From the NCBI GenBank assembly GCA_964419775.1, contig CAYQRF010000003.1, positions 1-62,262 of the forward strand: DNA of 62,262 bases. Reading direction: 5' to 3'. The position numbers and the translations under genes are program-made. The stretch comes from an uncultured Rikenellaceae bacterium (lineage in GTDB: Bacteria; Bacteroidota; Bacteroidia; Bacteroidales; VadinHA17). Shown here piece after piece: positions 51,436 to 61,400 of the stretch. Every line of letters begins with the position of its first letter. Within the stretch, counting starts at the first letter, position 1. The notes below the pieces were generated by a model that saw nothing but the letters and a program-made list of their open reading frames with translations, made no database searches and was not told the origin of the DNA.

Positions 51436-52196
51436 TTCAAATCCTTTGTGTTAAATACAGGTCCGTCGGTACAGGTGCAAACATTTCCTTTCACCGTTTC
51501 AACCACACAACAGAGGCATACACCAAAACCGCATGCCATAAGATGTTCAAGAGATACCTCGCAATTAATGTCATTCCGCCTGCAATATCCGGCTACAGCC
51601 TTCATCATGGGTTCCGGACCGCAGCAGCAAATATGGTCAAAATGACGTTGTTTCAGAATGGAATGTCCAGTCAGATAACCCTTCTCTCCTCTGGAACCAT
51701 CCTCGGTGGTGAGATAAACAGGACCAATACTTTCATATTCTTCATACTCGATTATCCGGCCTGAGTCCCTGAATCCGAGGAGAATCTCAGGTTTCAGACC
51801 CATGGATTTCATATGCTTTCCAAGGAATAGCAGCGGCGCAACCCCGCATCCTCCGCCGGCAAGAAGGATGCTTTTGTCCTTATCCGGGATGGTGAATGAA
51901 TTCCCCAGAGGGTAAACAATATTCAGATTTTCTCCCTTCTCAAGGCGGGTAATACGCTCCGTTCCTTTTCCGGCAACCTGGACAAGCATCTTTATTGAGT
52001 TGCTCCCGTAATCAACGTCATGAATGGAAATCGGGCGGCGGAGGAATGTCTCCGCACTTCCTTCAACTTTAACCTGGACAAACTGGCCAGGCTTCAGCTC
52101 CGGCAGTTTACCATTGCCTGTAAGTTCAAGAATGAAAAGGTCATTATTCAGGCGGCGGTTGTCCCTTACGGTGAAACATTCAACTCTCTTTGCCAT
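51429..52196 (-). CDS. pyrK: Dihydroorotate dehydrogenase electron transfer subunit
   Basis: [32 protein letters not shown]...C.DGPVF. Confidence 0.93.
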   Translation of the reverse strand: MAKRVECFTVRDNRRLNNDLFILELTGNGKLPELKPGQFVQVKVEGSAETFLRRPISIHDVDYGSNSIKMLVQVAGKGTERITRLEKGENLNIVYPLGNSFTIPDKDKSILLAGGGCGVAPLLFLGKHMKSMGLKPEILLGFRDSGRIIEYEEYESIGPVYLTTEDGSRGEKGYLTGHSILKQRHFDHICCCGPEPMMKAVAGYCRRNDINCEVSLEHLMACGFGVCLCCVVETVKGNVCTCTDGPVFNTKDLKW

Positions 52197-52250
52197 CAGC
52201 AGGGTCTTTTCAGCAAAGATAACCATTGCCGTGGTTCCTAAAAAGAAAGG

Positions 52251-52685
52251 TCAGTGTTTAACAGGGAAAAATTCCTCAAAGGTATTGTCATTGTGAAACC
52301 ATACTATCCTGACGACTCGTTTTACAGATGAGGATCCTCCCTCAGTCATTTCTTCCCCCGTATAATCATCAGAAGGGGAGACAGATTCAGGAAGCTTCCT
52401 GACCTCAGGGGCAGATTCGTGTTTCACCGGCTTCTGATCGAGGTCCATGCCTGCGAAAAGATCGCCCATTGTAGGCTCCCTGTACATGGAACCTTTGCCA
52501 AACAGCAGCCATTCAGTCGACAGAAAGGGATATTTCTCGAGCATTTTCAGTATAAAGTCCAGACTTGGCTTATTTCTTCCAGACAATATATGGGATATGC
52601 CTGATGGTTGAACCCGAATATCCTCAGCCATTTGCGCCGACGTCTTGTTTTCTCTCCTCAAGAACTCCAGTATTCTGTCTTTCAT
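52251..52685 (-). CDS. XRE-family HTH protein with short C-terminal motif
   Basis: ISHILSGRNKPSLDF..., WLLFGKG, C-terminal RIVWFHNDNTFEEF. Confidence 0.85.
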   Translation of the reverse strand: MKDRILEFLRRENKTSAQMAEDIRVQPSGISHILSGRNKPSLDFILKMLEKYPFLSTEWLLFGKGSMYREPTMGDLFAGMDLDQKPVKHESAPEVRKLPESVSPSDDYTGEEMTEGGSSSVKRVVRIVWFHNDNTFEEFFPVKH

Positions 52686-52701
52686 AACAATATAATCTGT
52701 T

Positions 52702-53100
52702 TTACAAATGTAATCAATTGATGGATTACATTCATAACTTTATTTATATTACATTTGTAACTACGAAGTTTTGCCTTCAATTCACTATAGGTTATTGGTG
52801 TATAAAATAGTTCAGCTAATGAATTAATCCATTATATAAATACTGTAGTTTAGACAGATATATCTATGGTAATTAATATTTTAAGTCATATATTCCGGAA
52901 TATCTAAAGATATAAGGCCCGGAACAGTCAAGTTATCCTAATCAATGCATTGGTTAGATCGCATATTTATATTGATTTATAGTGTTTTATGAAATAATCA
53001 TATCATTATTGAAAGAATATTACATTTGTATTATTCTCTCTGCTCGATCAGGGATTACTTACGTAAATCAATGTCACTTCCCGGCTAATTACATCTGTAA
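52702..53100. repeat. Six dispersed TTAC-N4-GTAA-like palindromes in an AT-rich intergenic region
   Basis: Copies start at 52702, 52726, 52749, 53020, 53055 and 53089; the 52726 and 53020 copies each have one arm mismatch. Confidence 0.75.
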
Positions 53101-53313
53101 TTTCAATGTTTTCCCCATGATAACAGCAAGATGAAAGTGGAACATTGAATTCAATAAAATAATTAGCTGTCAGAAATTGTATATTTCCTTCCCTATGGTC
53201 ATCAGATTTGAAATATTCGATTGTGAACGAGTTGAGAAAATCCAAAATACTGGTCGTCCGGATGTGGATTTATCGCAAAGTTTTTTTTCCTTTAGACCTT
53301 AAATCATTCTTTA

Positions 53314-54555
53314 ATGGCCAAATCAAGATTCCGCCTGTCCCTGCCGCTCCATTTCCAGATATTGATAATGCTGATTGCAGGCGGGCTATTCGGCTATTAT
53401 TTTTCAGATTTCACCAGATACACCAACTGGATCGGGGATATATTTTTGCGGTCTCTGAATATGATAATTGTACCGCTGATATTCTGTTCAATTACTACAG
53501 GAGTTGCCAGCGTAGGCAGCAGCGGTAATCTGGGCAGACTTGGTATAAAGACTCTGGGTTATTATATGCTTTCATCGCTCGCCGCTATCACAACAGGTTT
53601 ATTATTGGTAAACGTTATTAAGCCTGGAGTTGGGGCAGATATAGGTTTGGTATCACCTGTTGAAGGAATTGCAGCCGCAAGTGACAGCTTCAGTCAGACT
53701 CTGATCAAGATCATCCCTACAAACATTATCGAAGCCCTTGCCCAGGGGCAGATGCTTTCTATCATCTTTTTTGCTATTTTATTTGGCTTCTTCCTTACCA
53801 GAATCAGCGATAAGCCACAGCAGCTTATAACAGATGTTCTCAACGGGATCCTTGAGGTGATAATGAAAATCACAATGCTCATTATCAGGTTCGCACCTTT
53901 TGGCATTTTCAGTATTACAGCTAAAGTAATTGCCCAGCAGGTGATTAGCGGCAGCGGAATCAGTGAAATTATTTCCAGGCTGGGACTCTATATGGCTACC
54001 GTTCTGGCAGGTCTTTTCATTCATGCTTTCTTCACCCTTCCCCTTGCATTGAAATTAATTGCGAAAGTCAATCCCCTGAAACATTTCCGCAATATGGCCA
54101 CCCCTCTGCTGACTGCGTTTTCAACCTCATCTTCGAATGCAACTCTTCCGCTGTCGATGGAAGCAGTTGAACACAACGACGGGGTTTCAAACAAGATAGC
54201 CAGTTTCACGCTTCCCCTGGGGGCAACAATTAATATGGACGGTACGGCTCTGTACGAATGTGTTGCTGTAGTTTTTATCGCTCAGGCATACGGGATTGAC
54301 CTGAGCGTCGGCCAGCAGATCATTATTGTCTTTACCTCGCTGCTGGCTTCCATCGGGGCTGCCGGGATACCCATGGCCGGACTGGTGATGATGGCCGTGG
54401 TTCTGAAGGCGGTGGGACTTCCCCTGGAAGGCATCGGATTACTTCTTGCAGTAGACCGGATTCTTGATATGTTCCGTACCACACTCAACGTATACAGCGA
54501 CACCTGCGGATCAGTGATCATTGCAAGGACGGAGGGAGAAAAATTGAATATCTGA
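53314..54555 (+). CDS. Dicarboxylate/amino acid:cation symporter (DAACS family)
   Basis: FSTSSSNATLP, LPLGATINMDGTALY, DRILDMFRT. Confidence 0.93.
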   Translation: MAKSRFRLSLPLHFQILIMLIAGGLFGYYFSDFTRYTNWIGDIFLRSLNMIIVPLIFCSITTGVASVGSSGNLGRLGIKTLGYYMLSSLAAITTGLLLVNVIKPGVGADIGLVSPVEGIAAASDSFSQTLIKIIPTNIIEALAQGQMLSIIFFAILFGFFLTRISDKPQQLITDVLNGILEVIMKITMLIIRFAPFGIFSITAKVIAQQVISGSGISEIISRLGLYMATVLAGLFIHAFFTLPLALKLIAKVNPLKHFRNMATPLLTAFSTSSSNATLPLSMEAVEHNDGVSNKIASFTLPLGATINMDGTALYECVAVVFIAQAYGIDLSVGQQIIIVFTSLLASIGAAGIPMAGLVMMAVVLKAVGLPLEGIGLLLAVDRILDMFRTTLNVYSDTCGSVIIARTEGEKLNI

Positions 54556-54560
54556 CTGTC

Positions 54561-55160
54561 TCAGAATATAAACGAAATCCGGATCTCGGGATTTCCGTAA
54601 ATTCCGTAAGCATCACTGTCTAAGGTCCACAGGAATGTCATGTTCAAGGACGACCTCTCTCCAAGTTGCTGCCTGACACCTCCCCCGAAAAGTGCGGTTC
54701 CGGCAAGAAATCTGTCCGAATCATAGGGCGGATTTTTGAAAAACGACGACTCAAGACTCAGCAATTCATATTCGGCATGAAGGAATAATCCCACATGCAT
54801 GCCAAGAGGGATCACGTTATTAAGGTCCTGAAGAAAAAGGTACTCCAGATATGTTTTTCCTCCATATATGAAAGTGCGGGCTGAGCCCAGTTTATAATAT
54901 TGGAAATCAGGGCCTATTGCAATACCTACCCGCGGAAGCACCCATAAGCCGATAACGGGAGAAACCTGGATATCGGTATAAGTGCCGAACTGCAGGTTCA
55001 TACTTCCGCCGTAAAACAGCCTGTCCTTAAACGGAGGGACTTCCGGCCTTGTCGTTTGTCCTGCTGCAGGAACCAATGAAGCTGACACAACTAAAGTCAG
55101 CAAAAACGCAAGGCTTATATGCCTGAATGACTTATATCTTTTTTTGAAGCCGGGTATCAT
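54561..55160 (-). CDS. Hypothetical protein, probable outer-membrane beta-barrel
   Basis: Signal-like N-terminus, amphipathic beta pattern, C-terminal Phe. Confidence 0.6.
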   Translation of the reverse strand: MIPGFKKRYKSFRHISLAFLLTLVVSASLVPAAGQTTRPEVPPFKDRLFYGGSMNLQFGTYTDIQVSPVIGLWVLPRVGIAIGPDFQYYKLGSARTFIYGGKTYLEYLFLQDLNNVIPLGMHVGLFLHAEYELLSLESSFFKNPPYDSDRFLAGTALFGGGVRQQLGERSSLNMTFLWTLDSDAYGIYGNPEIRISFIF

Positions 55161-55231
55161 AAAACTATTTTGTAACTTTACACTAAAGGCTCACAAATTA
55201 ACGAAAAATTCCAATTCACTAACCACAGGAT

Positions 55232-55927
55232 ATGAATATCATTGTAAACGGAGGTTCCAGGGGAATAGGCAGGGAAGTTGCCCTGCTTTTTGCTGCTGAC
55301 AGGGATAACCAGATCATTGTCACCGGAAGGAATGAGCAAAGGCTCAGCTTACTGCAGCTTGAATGCCCTGACGGAAATTTGTCGGTAATCCAGGCGGACA
55401 TTTCCGATATGTCCGGAAAAATTGAAGTTTTGAAGCATCAGATTTACAATCGTTTCAGCAAGGTTGATGTGCTGATAAACATGGCCGGCCACCTGGTTAC
55501 CGCCGATTTCCTTGAACTTACGGAGGAGGATACAAGAAAGATGATGGAAACCAACTTCTTCGGGCCTGCTCAGATAATCAGGCTGGTTGCTCCCATAATG
55601 CCGCACGGGTCGCACATAGTAAACATTTCAAGCATGGGAGGATTCCAGGGAAGCTCAAAATACAGGGGTCTCTCGGTTTACAGTGCCTCAAAAGCAGCAA
55701 TCTCATGCCTTAGCGAGTGTCTGGCAGGCGAATTCAGCGAGTTGGGAATAAGCGTCAACTGCCTTGCCCTGGGATCGGTACAGACGGAAATGTTTGAAAA
55801 TGCGTTTCCCGGATTTAATGCTCAGATGAGTCCGGAAGAGATGGCCGCTTTCATTGTCTGGTTTGCCACAAACGGCCATAAATTCTTCAACGGCAAGGTA
55901 CTTCCGGTTGCTATAACTAACCCATAG
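55232..55927 (+). CDS. Short-chain dehydrogenase/reductase
   Basis: GGSRGIG, INMAG, NISS, YSASK. Confidence 0.92.
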   Translation: MNIIVNGGSRGIGREVALLFAADRDNQIIVTGRNEQRLSLLQLECPDGNLSVIQADISDMSGKIEVLKHQIYNRFSKVDVLINMAGHLVTADFLELTEEDTRKMMETNFFGPAQIIRLVAPIMPHGSHIVNISSMGGFQGSSKYRGLSVYSASKAAISCLSECLAGEFSELGISVNCLALGSVQTEMFENAFPGFNAQMSPEEMAAFIVWFATNGHKFFNGKVLPVAITNP

Positions 55928-56012
55928 CATGAAGTCATCCCGAATCACTTAGAAACAATTTATCCTTCAGGACAACTTGTCGGGATGAGGGACCTTTCTC
56001 CTTCTGTATAAA

Positions 56013-57089
56013 TTACAAATAAGTCTTAATTCCGATCTTCCCGTCCAAAGCCAGCAATCCGTTGAAGGCAAGAGCCCTTATCTCATCTTCACCCGGGAAA
56101 ACAACCACTCTGGCTATGAATCCCACCTTCTTCCTGATCCTTTCAACATGTGATTCCTGATACGCGAGTCCGCCGGTAAGTATGATTGCATCAACCTCTC
56201 CGTCGAGCACGGCTGCCATGGCTCCTATTTCCCTGGCAACCTGGTAAGCAAGGGCTTCCGTGATGAGAACAGATCTTTCGTCTCCTCCCTCAGCCATTTC
56301 ACATGCTTGCTTAAAGTTATTGGTTCCAAGGTATGCAAGCATTCCACCCTTTCCTGTAATCATCTGCTTCAGTTCATCATACGAATATCTTCCGCTGAAG
56401 CAAAGGTCGATCAGCTGCCTGGCAGGCAGACCTCCTGAGCGTTCCGGTGAGAATGGTCCGTCGCCATTGAGTGCATTATTTACATCCACCACCTTCCCTT
56501 TTCTATGTGCTCCCACGCTTATGCCGCCGCCCATGTGCGCTACCACAAGATTCAGATCCTCATAATTCCTGCCGGCGGAGGAGGCATATAACCGTGAAAC
56601 AGCTTTCTGGTTCAACGCATGGAAGATGGATACACGCTCTATCTCAGGATGACCTGAAATCCTGGCAATCGGCAGAAGCTCATCAACCACTACGGGATCG
56701 ACGATGAATGCTTTTGCTCCCGGGAGATGAGAAGCTATGTCTGAGGCAATCAGCCCTCCCAGGTTGCTTGCATGTTCTCCCCTTGCCGCTTCAACCAGAT
56801 CGTCAATTAGTTTCTGATTTACCTCGTATATTCCTGACTCAATTGGCTTTACAACTCCTCCCCTTCCAACCACGGCAGAAATCGAATTCAAATTGACATT
56901 TCTGGCGGTCAGCTCCTCCATTATCAGGTCCTTTCTGTAATGGAACTGATCGGCAATCCTTGGGAAGCCGGCAAGGTCTTCCGGCGAATGCCTCAGTGTC
57001 TTTTCAAACAAAATTTCATCCTCTTCGAACAGCGCGAACTTAGTTGAAGTTGAACCCGGGTTGATTGCCAATATTAGCCTCTTAGACAT
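56013..57089 (-). CDS. buk: Butyrate (branched-chain carboxylate) kinase
   Basis: INPGSTSTK, HASNLG, FHALNQKA, HMGGGISV, PERSG. Confidence 0.93.
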   Translation of the reverse strand: MSKRLILAINPGSTSTKFALFEEDEILFEKTLRHSPEDLAGFPRIADQFHYRKDLIMEELTARNVNLNSISAVVGRGGVVKPIESGIYEVNQKLIDDLVEAARGEHASNLGGLIASDIASHLPGAKAFIVDPVVVDELLPIARISGHPEIERVSIFHALNQKAVSRLYASSAGRNYEDLNLVVAHMGGGISVGAHRKGKVVDVNNALNGDGPFSPERSGGLPARQLIDLCFSGRYSYDELKQMITGKGGMLAYLGTNNFKQACEMAEGGDERSVLITEALAYQVAREIGAMAAVLDGEVDAIILTGGLAYQESHVERIRKKVGFIARVVVFPGEDEIRALAFNGLLALDGKIGIKTYL

Positions 57090-57129
57090 ATATTTATGAA
57101 TTGATTTTATTCTGTCATGAAACCTGCTT

Positions 57130-58032
57130 TCAGGCCATCAGACAGGCAAGCGCGATACAGTAGAATTTCGACATCTCGCTTTCGCTCCTCGACATTACAA
57201 TAACAGGTTTTTCCGTGCCTCGGATCAGCCCTGCCAGTTCACCTCCGGCGAAAAGCATAAGCCCCTTGTAAAATGGATTTGAGGATTCGAGTGACGGAAA
57301 AAGCAGGATATCTGCATCACCTCCGACGGGAGTATCCACTCCCTTGATCTCTACACTTTTCTTGTCGCACGCAAGAAAGATATCGAGCGGACCGTCCATT
57401 ATGCAGTCTGGGAAAAGACCTTCCCTGGCCATAAGCTTCATTTCATCATAATCATTGTTGCTGGCAAAGTGCCGGCTGGACTTTTCCGTGGCAGAGACAA
57501 GGGCTATCCTGGGCCTCCCGATTCCGAACCTCCCTGCCATTTCAAGGGCGTATTTTGCCATGGCAATCTTCTGCTCAAGCGATGGTACAGGTATCACTGC
57601 TGTATCAGTGATAAACAGTAATTTATGATATAAAGGAATCTGCACTGCACAGACGTAACTAAGGATTGCTCCGGGAATAATTAGTCCGTTCTTTTTATCC
57701 AGAACAGCTTTAAGGAATTTATCGGTTCCTACAAGACCTTTCATGGCGATATCAGCCTCTCCCGATCGGGTCATTCTGATTGCCAGACTGGCGGCTTCCG
57801 ATTCATCCGGAGATTCCACAATTGAAAAAAGGGAAGAATCAATACCGGCCTTTCGGCATATATTTTTTATATCAGGCGGATGGCCTATTAAAATTGCATC
57901 AATAAGTCCGTAACTGGAAGCTTTGTGGATTGCTCCTATCGTATTGGCATCCTGGGCCCAGGCTACAGCGATCCGATGCTTGCGGTGAAACGAAAGCACC
58001 CTTTCAACCATCTGGTCCAGCGTGCGGATCAT
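57130..58032 (-). CDS. Phosphate butyryltransferase-like acyltransferase (second copy)
   Basis: PTA_PTB motifs MKGLV.TD, TDTAV..P, DGPLD; start probably 58032. Confidence 0.8.
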   Translation of the reverse strand: MIRTLDQMVERVLSFHRKHRIAVAWAQDANTIGAIHKASSYGLIDAILIGHPPDIKNICRKAGIDSSLFSIVESPDESEAASLAIRMTRSGEADIAMKGLVGTDKFLKAVLDKKNGLIIPGAILSYVCAVQIPLYHKLLFITDTAVIPVPSLEQKIAMAKYALEMAGRFGIGRPRIALVSATEKSSRHFASNNDYDEMKLMAREGLFPDCIMDGPLDIFLACDKKSVEIKGVDTPVGGDADILLFPSLESSNPFYKGLMLFAGGELAGLIRGTEKPVIVMSRSESEMSKFYCIALACLMA

Positions 58033-58039
58033 GACACAA

Positions 58040-58942
58040 CTATTTGGTTGATGCAGCGGCAAGCAGTATGCTGTCGTACTTGGCCTGTTCCGAGTCTGAT
58101 CTTGATGTTAATACAATCGGGACCTTGGCGCCCAGTATCATTGATGCAACCTTGGCCTGAGCAAAGAATACAAGGGACTTATAGAGAACGTTACCTACCT
58201 CGATGTCGGGCATAAGCAGAAGGTCGGTATCCCCGGCCACCTCACTCTTTATTCCCTTATGCTGGGCACTCTCGAGGCTCACCGCATTATCAAAGGCAAG
58301 CGGACCGTCAATTATGCAGTTCCGGATCTGTTCTCTCTGATTCATCTTCGACAGCAGAGCAGCATGAAGTGTTGCTTCCATGTTCTCATTAACCATTTCA
58401 ACGGCTCCCAGAACTGCCACCTTCGGCATCACATAGCCCACACGGTTAAGGAAAGACACTGAATTATTGACTATTGCGATCTTATCCTTGAGATTTGGGG
58501 CAATGTTCATTGCCACATCGGTTACTCCGATGAGCTTATGATAGGTGCCGACCTCGAAAAGGGCGATATGGGAAAGCAGGCTTCCGGTTCTGAGTCCCCA
58601 TTCCTTGTTAAGAACAGCTTTCAGAAGGGTTGATGTGCCTACCTTTCCTTTCATGAGAATGTCGGCCTGCCTCCCGCTCAGCATCCTGACCGATTGTTCG
58701 ACTGCCTTGTCGATTTCGGGCTCATGAACGATGGTGAGATCCGAGATATCAAATCCTAATTCGGAACAGATACTTCTTATTCCATCACTGTCGCCGATGA
58801 AAACCGGCTCGATGATTCCATCCTTCCAGGCCCTCAGAACTGCTCCGAGGGAATGTTGATCCTGGGCAACAGCAAGAACCAGTTTCCTGACCGGCTTTCC
58901 TGCCACGATACCCTTCAGGTCGGACATGCTACTTAGAACCAT
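58040..58942 (-). CDS. ptb: Phosphate butyryltransferase
   Basis: LMKG, LLSH, DGPLAFDNA, PDIEVGN, PIVLTSRSDS. Confidence 0.88.
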   Translation of the reverse strand: MVLSSMSDLKGIVAGKPVRKLVLAVAQDQHSLGAVLRAWKDGIIEPVFIGDSDGIRSICSELGFDISDLTIVHEPEIDKAVEQSVRMLSGRQADILMKGKVGTSTLLKAVLNKEWGLRTGSLLSHIALFEVGTYHKLIGVTDVAMNIAPNLKDKIAIVNNSVSFLNRVGYVMPKVAVLGAVEMVNENMEATLHAALLSKMNQREQIRNCIIDGPLAFDNAVSLESAQHKGIKSEVAGDTDLLLMPDIEVGNVLYKSLVFFAQAKVASMILGAKVPIVLTSRSDSEQAKYDSILLAAASTK

Positions 58943-58966
58943 AAAATCGTCGTTTTATGTTAGTTA

Positions 58967-60178
58967 TTACACGGTATGATGCTCCACTATATACTTGGTA
59001 TCCATCGCTATCACCAGCTCCTCATCGGTCGTGATTGTCATCACTGTAGCCTTTGATCCCTCCTTCGAGATTATTTTGTCCTCGCCTTTAACTCCGGCAT
59101 TTGCCTCGCGGTCAAAATCAATGCCCAGCGCTTCCATATCGGAACAGATCATTGCCCTCATTTTATGGTCGTTCTCTCCCACTCCTCCCGTAAAGATAAG
59201 CAGGTCGAGTCCGTTGAGTACGGCATAATAGGAGCCAATGAACTTCCTGACCTTGTAGGCATACATGTTCAGGGCGAGGAGAGCCTTTTCATTTCCTTCG
59301 GCAGCAGCCAGCTCCAGGTCGCGCATATCGGAAGAAAGTCCCGATATTCCGGCCACTCCGCTCTTCTTGTTGATAAGATTATTGACTCCGGTAACATTCA
59401 GATGTTCCTTGTCGGCAATGTATATCAGCACTCCGGCATCGATCTCGCCTGTCCTGGTACCCATAATAAGCCCGTCAACGGGTGTGAATCCCATCGAGGT
59501 GTCAATCGACCTCCCGTTCTGAATGGCTGTGATTGAAGCCCCGTTGCCCAGATGGCAAGTTATTATCTTCAGCTTTCTGCAATCCTTACCCAACAGTCTG
59601 GCGGCTTTTGAAGCCACGAATTTATGGCTTGTGCCATGGTATCCGTATTTTCTAATCCTGTATTTTTCATAATACTCGTAAGGGAGTGCATACATGAAAG
59701 CATAATCAGGCATAGTCTGATGGAAGGAGGTGTCGAAAACCGCAACCTGAGGTACACCGGGAATAAGTTTCTCAACAGACAGAATTCCCTTGAGGTTGGC
59801 CGGATTGTGAAGCGGGGCAAGCTCAATGTTGATCTCAACCTGCTTTTTAACCTCATTGTCAATAAGCACACTCTCCTTGTAACTCTCTCCCCCGTTCACA
59901 ACACGGTGACCAACCGCCTTTATATCTGTTATATCCTTTATAACTCCGTGTTTGGGATCGGTAAGCACCGACATAACCATATTAATTCCCAGGGTATGAT
60001 CGGGAATGTCACTGATTACCTTATACGGTTCCTTGCCGGTGGGTTTATGAGTAAGAATACTGTCATTCAACCCAATACGTTCAATAAGACCTTTTGCAAG
60101 CATCTGGGTTGTTTCCGCCATCTCAAACAGCTGATATTTGATCGAGGAACTGCCGCAATTCAGAACAAGAACAATCAT
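58967..60178 (-). CDS. ackA: Acetate kinase
   Basis: NCGSSSIK, APLHN, FDTSFH, HGTSH, HLGNGAS, DTSMG. Confidence 0.95.
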   Translation of the reverse strand: MIVLVLNCGSSSIKYQLFEMAETTQMLAKGLIERIGLNDSILTHKPTGKEPYKVISDIPDHTLGINMVMSVLTDPKHGVIKDITDIKAVGHRVVNGGESYKESVLIDNEVKKQVEINIELAPLHNPANLKGILSVEKLIPGVPQVAVFDTSFHQTMPDYAFMYALPYEYYEKYRIRKYGYHGTSHKFVASKAARLLGKDCRKLKIITCHLGNGASITAIQNGRSIDTSMGFTPVDGLIMGTRTGEIDAGVLIYIADKEHLNVTGVNNLINKKSGVAGISGLSSDMRDLELAAAEGNEKALLALNMYAYKVRKFIGSYYAVLNGLDLLIFTGGVGENDHKMRAMICSDMEALGIDFDREANAGVKGEDKIISKEGSKATVMTITTDEELVIAMDTKYIVEHHTV

Positions 60179-60206
60179 TTTTATGTCTTTATATTTATAA
60201 ATAATA

Positions 60207-61211
60207 CTACTTCTTTGCGGCAGCCTGATTTGCAGTAATTGCTATCATGCTTACTATATCGCTGACAGAACAACCTCTCGAAAGATCGTTGATGGGTGCA
60301 GCCATACCCTGCAGAATAGGGCCGACAGCCTCAGCTTTTGCCAGCCTCTGGACAAGTTTATAGGCGATATTCCCGCAATTGAGGTCAGGGAAGACCAGAA
60401 CATTGGCCTGGCCTGCAATCTGGCTTCCGGGGGCCTTTTTCTGCCCTATGGCGGCAACCAGAGCCGCATCACCCTGAAGCTCGCCGTCAATCATCATATC
60501 CGGAGCCATTTCTCTTGCAATTTTCGTTGCACTTACCACCTTATCCACCATCTCATGTCTGGCGCTTCCTTTTGTGGAGAAGCTAAGTAATGCTATTTTA
60601 GGCTCGAATCCGCATATTGCCCTTGCTGTCTGTCCTGCCGCTACTGCTATCTCGGCCAGTTCCTTATCGGTCGGGTCGGGATGCACTGCACCATCGGCAA
60701 ACAAGATGACCCCGTTTTCCCCGAAACTCTTGTCCTGAAGAATCATTACAAAAGCACCTGAAACCACTGAAATACCTGGGGCAGTCTTGACATACTGAAA
60801 AGCGGGACGCAACACATCGCCTGTGGCATGATCCGCTCCCGACACCTCTCCGTCGGCATCACCGTTCTTGATCATCAGGACGCCCAGATAGAGCGGATCC
60901 TCAATAAGCTTAGCTGCTTCTTCCCGGGTAAGGCCCTTGCTCTTCCTGATCTCGACCATCATATCAATGTAATGTTCTTTCTTGTCGTGCGATCTGGGAT
61001 CGACTATCACAGCCCGGCTGAGATTTTTTAATCCGAACTGTTCAGCCTTGGATGCAATATCCTTCGGATCGCCAATAAGAATTATCTGTGCCAGTCCCTC
61101 GGCTATGGCTATATCGGCAGCTTTCAGATTCCTCTCCTCATATCCCTCGGGCAGAACTATGCGTTTATTGTATTTTTTAGCATTCAGTTTGATTTGATCA
61201 ATTAGTTCCAT
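60207..61211 (-). CDS. pta: Phosphate acetyltransferase
   Basis: IVLPEG, LSFSTKGS, DGELQ.DAA, GNIAYKLVQR, NDLSRG. Confidence 0.95.
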   Translation of the reverse strand: MELIDQIKLNAKKYNKRIVLPEGYEERNLKAADIAIAEGLAQIILIGDPKDIASKAEQFGLKNLSRAVIVDPRSHDKKEHYIDMMVEIRKSKGLTREEAAKLIEDPLYLGVLMIKNGDADGEVSGADHATGDVLRPAFQYVKTAPGISVVSGAFVMILQDKSFGENGVILFADGAVHPDPTDKELAEIAVAAGQTARAICGFEPKIALLSFSTKGSARHEMVDKVVSATKIAREMAPDMMIDGELQGDAALVAAIGQKKAPGSQIAGQANVLVFPDLNCGNIAYKLVQRLAKAEAVGPILQGMAAPINDLSRGCSVSDIVSMIAITANQAAAKK

Positions 61212-61400
61212 TGTATATCAGTAAGTTAAAATTTAACACATAATGGTCTAAAAGTAGAAAAAAAAATCCCTGCTTACCAAGTGAATCAGATGATTATTTT
61301 CAGAATGGTTTTCAACTGAAAAAAAACATTAAGTAAGCAAACCGTTTCAGGTTAGAAATAAAATCATTTTTTAAATTTGCGGATCAAAAATGTAATTTAC

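Noticed and set aside
53048..53245. 65-aa ORF in the AT-rich gap
   Set aside because: It has no recognisable features and overlaps the palindromic boxes, so it is more likely non-coding.
55935..55988. TCATCCCGA / TCGGGATGA 9-bp inverted repeat between convergent SDR and buk genes
   Set aside because: It is a single short repeat with a 36-nt spacer. It may be a REP remnant or terminator, but the evidence is too weak to call.
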